Assembly (NCBI GenBank): GCA_012862495.1
Contig: BLSG01000319.1
Span: 20,159-71,307 of the forward strand
Length of the DNA: 51,149 bases
Source of the DNA: Thraustochytrium aureum
Lineage: Eukaryota
Reading direction: 5' to 3'
The notes below the pieces were generated by a model, which saw nothing but the letters and a program-made list of their open reading frames with translations, was not told the DNA's origin and ran no database searches. Below, piece after piece: positions 44,302 to 51,149 of the stretch (the first letter of the stretch is position 1; the number at the start of each line of letters is the position of its first letter). Position numbers and translations under genes: made by a program.

Positions 44302-46104
44302 ATGCTCGCTGTCAAGGGCATGCCCTGGACGGGCCCCGTCGCAGCAGAGGAGACTCGAAAGGGCTGCAAACGCAAGTGGTCCGACTTTTCGTGCCAAGTG
44401 AGGCGTTCGCTCCGGGAGCTCCTGATCGACTCGTTCTGGGGCGCCCCGCTGCTGACCATGCTCGTCAACGTGCTCCTCGCCTGGGCGCTTTGTGCGGTGG
44501 AACTCACCGACGAGCAGATTGAGAGCCTGCAGCCCGACCAGTGCTCTGCGTGCGTGATGGTCTTCACCGGGTCTCCAGCGGGGGCGAGGGCGTTGCTGGG
44601 CATGGTGTCGAGCGCAGCCATCTCAATCGCGACTCTGACGTTCTCTCTCATCGTTCTGTCGATCCAGTTGGCGGCTGTCAACTACACCCCGCGCATTCTG
44701 GACGAGTTCCTCAAAGACCCGGTGGCAAAGGGCTCGCTCAGCGTCAACCTAGGCGCGTTCGTGTATGCGTACACGGTGTCGATCAACGTGCAGGAGGGCG
44801 AGAACCTGATCGAGCCCTCCGTCCCGATCGTGGCCGTCAACATCCTCGCGCTCCACGTTGGCGCGCTGGTAATCACGTTTGTGCTGTTCATCGAGTATTT
44901 TGTGAACGGGATGCGGCTTGAGAGCATCCTGCACAAGGCGAGCAAGTCGGCTTGGACGGCGGCCAGGGGCCTCGTGCGCGAGAGCGAGGACGCCGAGGTG
45001 GTTGAGGTCCCCGACGTTCCGTCGTACGCGCTCCGCATCCGCGCCCGGGGTAGTGGGTATGTGGTTGAGTACCGCCTCACGCCGCTCGTTGCGGCGGCCG
45101 AGCGGCTCAACATGGTGGTCCGCTTCCAGCCGCACATTGGCCAGTTTGTGACGGAAGGGACCTTGGTGGCCTGGGTGTGGGGCGCTGAGAGCTTCGAGAG
45201 CGGCGAGGAGGGCGACCGCATGCGGCGGTCCGGCCTGCGCCGCCGTCTGCTCGACGAGTTTGCCTCCTCGCTGGAAAAGCACCATAAAATGAACGGCGAA
45301 GATCCGGCCAACGGCGACGCGGGGAGCAGCGGCCCGTCTGGCGACGAAGAGGGCGACGAAGAGGGCGACGAAGAGCTGGCCAACGACGAGTACGAGTTGG
45401 ACGAGGACCTGAGCGTCGCCATCGATCTCGTTTGCGAGATAGTCAACCGCGGCATCGTTTTGGCCGTCAACAGGGCCCGCGAGCAAGACGTTGCGCTGGG
45501 CATCCAGCAGCTGTCGGACATAGCAGTGCGCGCGCTTTCGCCGGGGGTGAACGACCCTCAGACCGCGATCCAGGCGCTCGACTCGCTCAGCGTTGTCTTC
45601 AGCAAGGTGGCCGAGGCGCAGTTTGCCAACGCGGTGGCGCGCGACTCGAACGGCCGCCTCCGCGTCGTAGCCCCGGCACGCTCGTTCGAGTTCCTCATCA
45701 ATATTGCGCTCGACCCAATCCGCACCTACGGTATAGGGGACGTCGGCATTGCGCGCCGAGCCATCCGCTTGCTGGGGGACATCGGGTTCATCTGCGCGCG
45801 GCTCGGGCGCGACGACCGCGTGGCGATGGTCAAGGCGCACATCAAATTGTGGCGCGACTCGGCAGGCGTCAAGTTTGCGTCTTCAAGTCCTGAGCTGCGC
45901 TCTGTTGAGGAGGTGCATGACTACGCGGTCACGATGCTCGACTCTGCCAAGCTGGACTTTACGCTGCCGGATGGCCGCTCCGGCAAGCGGGGCGGGAACG
46001 CCGAAGACCTGGAGAGCAATGCCATGGAGTCGGAAAGCGCGCGCGGGGCGATGCCTAGCATGGGGGCGCTTGTCGACAAGATTGTGCCGCAGTCGATCCT
46101 CTAG
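44302..46104 (+). CDS. DUF2254 family predicted membrane protein
   Basis: ARALL...TLTFSLIVLSIQLAAVNYTPRIL, SGYV, GQFVTEG, EQDVALGIQQLSDIAVRALSPGVNDPQTAIQALD, IRTYG. Start at 44302 or 44320. Confidence 0.85.
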   Translation: MLAVKGMPWTGPVAAEETRKGCKRKWSDFSCQVRRSLRELLIDSFWGAPLLTMLVNVLLAWALCAVELTDEQIESLQPDQCSACVMVFTGSPAGARALLGMVSSAAISIATLTFSLIVLSIQLAAVNYTPRILDEFLKDPVAKGSLSVNLGAFVYAYTVSINVQEGENLIEPSVPIVAVNILALHVGALVITFVLFIEYFVNGMRLESILHKASKSAWTAARGLVRESEDAEVVEVPDVPSYALRIRARGSGYVVEYRLTPLVAAAERLNMVVRFQPHIGQFVTEGTLVAWVWGAESFESGEEGDRMRRSGLRRRLLDEFASSLEKHHKMNGEDPANGDAGSSGPSGDEEGDEEGDEELANDEYELDEDLSVAIDLVCEIVNRGIVLAVNRAREQDVALGIQQLSDIAVRALSPGVNDPQTAIQALDSLSVVFSKVAEAQFANAVARDSNGRLRVVAPARSFEFLINIALDPIRTYGIGDVGIARRAIRLLGDIGFICARLGRDDRVAMVKAHIKLWRDSAGVKFASSSPELRSVEEVHDYAVTMLDSAKLDFTLPDGRSGKRGGNAEDLESNAMESESARGAMPSMGALVDKIVPQSIL

Positions 46105-46209
46105 CTGGAGGGCAATGGGGCCGCGGAGTCGGAAAGCGCGCGCGGGGCGATGCCTAGCATGGGGGGCGCTTGTCGACAAGATTGTGCTGCAGTCGAGTCG
46201 ACCATCTAG
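46009..46209 (+). repeat. Imperfect ~100-nt tandem duplication of the DUF2254 3' end
   Basis: 46009-46104 and 46105-46209 share CTGGAG.GCAAT...GGAGTCGGAAAGCGCGCGCGGGGCGATGCCTAGCATGGGGG(G)CGCTTGTCGACAAGATTGTG. Confidence 0.9.
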
Positions 46210-46745
46210 TGCAACGCGCGAGTCGCTGCAAGGAGCGCAAGCTGGTTTCGGTCAATGCAGCAAACGCAATGCGTCGGTGTGTGTGTGGTGGGGGTGGGGG
46301 GGGGTCGGTTCGCGTTGGAGGAGGTGGGGAGCGTCGGGCGAGACNNNNNNNNNNNNNNNNNNNNNNNNNNNNNNNNNNNNNNNNNNNNNNNNNNNNNNNN
46401 NNNNNNNNNNNNNNNNNNNNNNNNNNNNNNNNNNNNNNNNNNNNNNNNNNNNNNNNNNNNNNNNNNNNNNNNNNNNNNNNNNNNNNNNNNNNNNNNNNNN
46501 NNNNNNNNNNNNNNNNNNNNNNNNNNNNNNNNNNNNNNNNNNNNNNNNNNNNNNNNNNNNNNNNNNNNCAGACGAGGACGAGGTGCAAGTCAGCCGCCTT
46601 GCAACGGATGCACTCGGCCTCGCCCCCAGAGAATTCACGTCAACGTCAACCATTGGGCCAAGTGGCGACGCACCACATCATGGCCCCCACTTGTATAATA
46701 AGACCAGGCAAACCGGAAGCTTCATTGTCGCTACAACAAAGCCAT

Positions 46746-47856
46746 TCACTCGATATAGTCCTCGTCCTCGTCCTCGTCTTGCGCTTTAAAATCGTCGTCG
46801 TCGTCGCCGTCGTCTTGGACAGAGTCTGGACCGTTCGCCGGCGTCCCGAAGCCGCTCGAGCTCTGTCCCGAGCCACTCGCAGCGTCATCCGCACCGCCGC
46901 GACCCGCCGAGCGAGACTTGCTGTCTGCGCTCAAGCCGTCGTCCTCTGAGCCGTCGTCCTCAAACATTGCCTTGTAGTTGGTTTGCTGGGCGCTCTTGCG
47001 ACGACTCGGCGAGCGCCGCGGGCCAGCTTCGGCCACCGAGCTTGAATGCGCACCCGAACGGGGAGTGCCCGCATGGAACCCCGCAAACGTGACGTCGTCC
47101 TCGTCCTCGTCCTCGACGCTCTCAGCCAGTTGTGGGGTGGCCCCTCCCAAGCTCGCCGCCCTACGGCCGAGGGGGCGGCCCTCACCGCGAGATCCTTGTC
47201 GTACGTCTGGCCGAGCACGGGCGGGTCGTCCCAGTTTATCCCTTGAGCGAACTCCGCGGGCAAGTCGGCCTCTTGCTTGGGGCCCTGTGGGGCGCCAGTC
47301 TCGCCGTCCACCCACTGGAATGAGTGGAACACGATGACTTCCTCATACTCGGCGACGATGTTGGCCGTCCCCGACTTGCGGCAGTCAATCAGCGCAAAGC
47401 TCGACCTTGTGTTAATTAGAGCGCCGTACAATCGAAGCGTCTTGCGGGGGGCCTGAAAGTCGATGTTCATCACTGGCGTTGCAGACCGCAGGTTTTCGAT
47501 GGACCCGCACTGGCCGCCACTCAAAAGGGCCAGCTGCCCGGGGAAAACCATCAGCTTGTGGAGCTTTTTCGTGCCCTGCGAAGCGCGGTGCAGGTCACAA
47601 TTGCGTTTGAAGGCGAGGTCGCCGCGGAAGGGCAGTACGGCCTCTTTCGGCGGCGCTTCCACGTCTGTCGCCACCATGCCGAGGCTGACCCCGCGCTCAA
47701 GGCCTAGATCTTGCGCTTTGATCGCTTTCCGGCTGCCTCGGTCAGCTTGCGTCGNGTTTTGGTCGGCGCCGCGCTCTCCATGTCCCCAGCTGTATCTGCG
47801 GCTGCTGCGCTGCTCGCTGGCTTTTTTCCTGCCGGCGTGCCCCTTTTCGGCGCCTT
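46746..47856 (-). CDS. RHL1-like DNA-binding protein (topoisomerase VI accessory subunit family); N-terminus in gap
   Basis: LMVFPGQLALLSGGQCGSIENLRSATPVMNIDF...LRLYGALI...EYEEVIVFHSFQWV...ADLPAEF matches the plant RHL1 core pattern (FPG.LA...G.L..L...P.LY..F...MKLFG.I...FD.MIVF...W). Acidic C-terminus. Frameshifts near 47159-47161 and 47725-47756. Confidence 0.68.
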
Positions 47857-48657
47857 NNNNNNNNNNNNNNNNNNNNNNNNNNNNNNNNNNNNNNNNNNNN
47901 NNNNNNNNNNNNNNNNNNNNNNNNNNNNNNNNNNNNNNNNNNNNNNNNNNNNNNNNNNNNNNNNNNNNNNNNNNNNNNNNNNNNNNNNNNNNNNNNNNNN
48001 NNNNNNNNNNNNNNNNNNNNNNNNNNNNNNNNNNNNNNNNNNNNNNNNNNNNNNNNNNNNNNNNNNNNNNNNNNNNNNNNNNNNNNNNNNNNNNNNNNNN
48101 NNNNNNNNNNNNNNNNNNNNNNNNNNNNNNNNNNNNNNNNNNNNNNNNNNNNNNNNNNNNNNNNNNNNNNNNNNNNNNNNNNNNNNNNNNNNNNNNNNNN
48201 NNNNNNNNNNNNNNNNNNNNNNNNNNNNNNNNNNNNNNNNNNNNNNNNNNNNNNNNNNNNNNNNNNNNNNNNNNNNNNNNNNNNNNNNNNNNNNNNNNNN
48301 NNNNNNNNNNNNNNNNNNNNNNNNNNNNNNNNNNNNNNNNNNNNNNNNNNNNNNNNNNNNNNNNNNNNNNNNNNNNNNNNNNNNNNNNNNNNNNNNNNNN
48401 NNNNNNNNNNNNNNNNNNNNNNNNNNNNNNNNNNNNNNNNNNNNNNNNNNNNNNNNNNNNNNNNNNNNNNNNNNNNNNNNNNNNNNNNNNNNNNNNNNNN
48501 NNNNNNNNNNNNNNNNNNNNNNNNNNNNNNNNNNNNNNNNNNNNNNNNNNNNNNNNNNNNNNNNNNNNNNNNNNNNNNNNNNNNNNNNNNNNNNNNNNNN
48601 NNNNNNNNNNNNNNNNNNNNNNNNNNNNNNNNNNNNNNNNNNNNNNNNNNNNNNNNC

Positions 48658-49815
48658 AGGCTCGTGCTGTTCAGGAGCGAACTGGAGCACGAGGTCGAAC
48701 CGTCCAGGGGCGCGACACGCTGGGCTTTGACGACCTGGATGTACGGCTCCCCGCAAGCACGATGCGGCCATTTCGCAATCCCGCGCGGGCTCCACAGGAG
48801 CTCGGCAGACTCGATTTTCGTCGCCATTCCGAGCTACCGCGACCCCCAGTGCCAATTCACGATCATGGACCTCTTCAGCAAAGCGTCCCGCCCAGACCGC
48901 GTCTCAGTTGGCGTTTGCTGGCAGCTCGACATGGCTCGCGACGCAGCGTCGTGCCTTGGCGCCATGGCCGCAGAAGACGCCTCGTTCCCCTTCAGGGCGC
49001 AGGTGAGATCGGTGCACCTCGCCGCGCATGAGGCGCGCGGACCCACCCCGGCGCGCAGGGTGGCGCAAGGGCTTTGGCAAGGGGAGACGTTTTTGCTAAA
49101 TATCGACTCGCACATGCGCTTCGTGGAGGGCTGGGACGACGGTCTTGTGGCGATGCTCGGCCAGGCCTCGCAGGCGGCCGGCCACGAGCGCGTGATACTC
49201 ACCACATATCCTAGCGGATTCGAGCTGGAGGCCGACAACCTGTCCGGGCAAGGGCCCGGGGCGACAGTGCCAAATTCTGTCTTGGCCTCGCTCGCTGGGC
49301 CGCCGGTCCTGCACGCAGACAGATTTGACTCTGCCGACAACACCTTGCGCCTGAAATCCTCGCGCTGGCACAACCTGGCGCCAGCCGCCCCGTTGCCTTG
49401 CCGCTTTTGGGCCGCTGGGTTCAACTTTGGTCGCGCCGCGCCACAGCTCGAAGCGGTGCCATATTGCGCGATTGAGCACCTCTTCTTTGGCGAGGAGTCT
49501 GTGATGTGGGCGCGTCTCTGGACGCACGGGTTTGACTTTTTCGCGCCTCAGGCCGAGTTGGTATTCCACCTTTGGTCGCGAGCCTACCGCGAGACGTTTA
49601 AGAGCCCCGGGGATTCTCGGCTGGAAGCCTCCCGCGCAATCGCGCGATGGCTAGCCGAGGGCGGGCCAGGGCTCGGGATTCGCTTCCCAGGTTCTGTCGC
49701 CGAGAGGTCCTTGGAGCTCGGAACTGTGCGAACCGTGCAAGAACTCGCGTCCTTCGCCTCCGTCTCGTTCAAAGAGAGGGTGGTGCAGGAGCCCAAGAGC
49801 GACCCCGCGACTTGA
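48658..49815 (+). CDS. PHD/EGLN-type prolyl hydroxylase C-terminus fused to a Gnt1-like (GT60) Skp1-hydroxyproline GlcNAc transferase; N-terminus in gap
   Basis: RLVLFRSELEHEVEP...TRWALTTW is in frame with IFVAIPSYRD, ARGP..AR, NIDSHMRF..GWD, ILTTYP, WAAGF, FFGEE...ARLWTHG.D..AP, FHLW. Confidence 0.88.
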   Translation, partial: RLVLFRSELEHEVEPSRGATRWALTTWMYGSPQARCGHFAIPRGLHRSSADSIFVAIPSYRDPQCQFTIMDLFSKASRPDRVSVGVCWQLDMARDAASCLGAMAAEDASFPFRAQVRSVHLAAHEARGPTPARRVAQGLWQGETFLLNIDSHMRFVEGWDDGLVAMLGQASQAAGHERVILTTYPSGFELEADNLSGQGPGATVPNSVLASLAGPPVLHADRFDSADNTLRLKSSRWHNLAPAAPLPCRFWAAGFNFGRAAPQLEAVPYCAIEHLFFGEESVMWARLWTHGFDFFAPQAELVFHLWSRAYRETFKSPGDSRLEASRAIARWLAEGGPGLGIRFPGSVAERSLELGTVRTVQELASFASVSFKERVVQEPKSDPAT

Positions 49816-49986
49816 TGATTGCACACAATTGCGCGGGTTTGCGTTCTTGGGCAGGGGCTTTGCGGAAACCGGTTTTGAAAAAATTAAAGCTCTCTCGAGC
49901 CAGCTAGAGCTAGCACCGTGTCCTTGCGCTGCAAGCACAACGACCTGGTGCTATCGCTTCCTGCCTTGCTTGCGGGAGACGAAAGG

Positions 49987-50721
49987 TCACTGGACGATGC
50001 AAGAGCCGCGCCTGCGCGAGTCTCGGCGAGCTTGCCGCTCGAGCATGGCGTGTGATCGCTGCGCCGCACGCTCATCTTCTTGCGCAATGCGACGCGCCTC
50101 GTCGTCTTGGTCGTCTATGCTCCCGCACCTCTCCCCCTTGGGGGGCAGCGGGATGCGAACGCGGAGCACGCGATCAGTCAGAAGCGCCAACTCGTACTCG
50201 CTCAGCCGAACATCGCAGCAGAAAGCTGCCATCTCGAAAAACGCTCGAAGCACGCGTCGCCGTCTTGTGCGGAAACGAAATAGCCGCCCGCGAGGCCGTG
50301 GGCTCGGATGAACGCGTTGTGCTGGGCCAGCGAGACCTGGCGAAGCGCGGGGAGGTCGATCTTGTTGCCCAGCAAGAAAACCTTGGCTTCTAGGGCCGCC
50401 CCGGCACGCACAAGATCGAGCCAATCTTCAAGCCCTTCGAACGACCTGCTATCTGTAGTATCGTAACAAAGCGCGAGAGCGTGGCTGCCATATACATACT
50501 TGGCGAGCATCTTGGACCCCGCGTTCTGGCCCCCCAATATCCCACACCTGCAGCCGCACGCGCAACCCTTCTCGTAGCTCGAGTGTCCTCTCGTACCAGT
50601 CAAGCCCCACGGTCTGCTTGTACTGCCGGGAGAAGGACGCGTCCACAAACCTGCTCACGAGGCTGCTCTTCCCGACGCTGCCGTTTCCGAGGAGCAGCAG
50701 CTTGCGCGGCTTGTCGGCCAT
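49987..50721 (-). CDS. RAB28: Rab28 small GTPase
   Basis: GNGSVGKSS, YKQTVGLDW, QVWDIGGQ..GSKML..YVYG, GNKIDL, VSAQDGD, C-terminal CaaX CIVQ. Frameshifts at C6 50530-50535 and near 50256. Confidence 0.9.
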
Positions 50722-51149
50722 TTCGCACGGCCACCGCGAACCGGTTGAGCCCAAGTAGCAAACCCAGCGCGCACCCGCAAACCCAGCGCGCTTCCAATAG
50801 GTCTTGCCGTTCGTACGCTGGTGGTCGAGCTGCGGGTGCTGCTCGCGCAGGTCTCGATTTTTCATGAAAACGAAGCAAGCCGTCCAACGGAAACAAAAAT
50901 GCGCGCCTTTGCCATCGATTGTGGGTCCCGCCGCGGGCACGGGGGCAGGGCTCCAACAGCCGGCCCAACTTGGAGTCGAACTCTGCAGCAGCAGCTGCTG
51001 CTGCTCGTTTCTGCGAGCTGGTGCCGAGCCTGCAGGGTTCGCCAACAAGCCTGATGCAGTTGGCGTCAGCAGGCAGGAGCCCCGCCCTTCCGGCTTGTTG
51101 CTCGGGCTCGCTGCACGGTGGCAACTCGGTCAACTTGACGGACACTTCC

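Noticed and set aside
31066..45840. Long antisense ORFs over GPAT, elongase, AKR and DUF2254 (e.g. 31066..32421, 33629..34873, 42904..43929, 44749..45840)
   Set aside because: Shadow frames expected from high third-position GC on the real coding strand.
42922..46104. Bacterial contaminant insert (AKR + DUF2254)
   Set aside because: Contiguous with the RING2-like eukaryotic gene end, with host-like composition and no operon structure.
1231..48656. Very long ORFs spanning N-runs (e.g. 4105..5511, 38854..40896, 47463..49031)
   Set aside because: Artefacts of translating N as X; frame across estimated gaps is meaningless.
50600..51149. Minus-strand ORF 50600..51145 as a gene
   Set aside because: Overlaps Rab28 out of frame and has no recognisable motif; it could be the tail of a gene beyond the window but this is unsupported.

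Overview
Gene-dense, GC-rich, intron-poor eukaryotic nuclear DNA from a gappy draft scaffold with many N-runs. Axonemal genes (DNALI1-like, RSPH14-like, Rab28), a stramenopile-style Myb, lipid genes and short GT-AG introns suggest a flagellated stramenopile, possibly a labyrinthulomycete/thraustochytrid (inference). Two mobile elements are present. A Ty1/Copia retrotransposon lies on the minus strand (1-4260), and the window starts exactly at its PPT/3' LTR junction. A large DDD transposase, best matching Sola3-type DNA transposons, lies at 25464-28461. About 20 host genes are recognisable: DUF1295, SohB-like S49 protease, DnaJB, DNALI1, RSPH14-like, a WD40 protein with near-identical repeats, Myb, a DHYC palmitoyltransferase, a DUF6171-like Cys protein, GPAT, an ELO elongase, PP2A-B56, Sen34, an NZF-RBR ligase, an aldo-keto reductase, DUF2254, RHL1-like, a prolyl-hydroxylase/Gnt1 fusion and Rab28. 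The most notable observations are the PHD-GlcNAc-transferase fusion, the DHHC enzyme lacking 7 of 8 zinc ligands, the WD40 array with HET-E-like hypervariable positions, the RHL1-like topoisomerase VI partner and several prokaryote- or phage-type domains. Many genes carry single-base frameshifts in short homopolymers, most likely sequencing errors. All family calls come from motif recognition by eye; no database searches were run.
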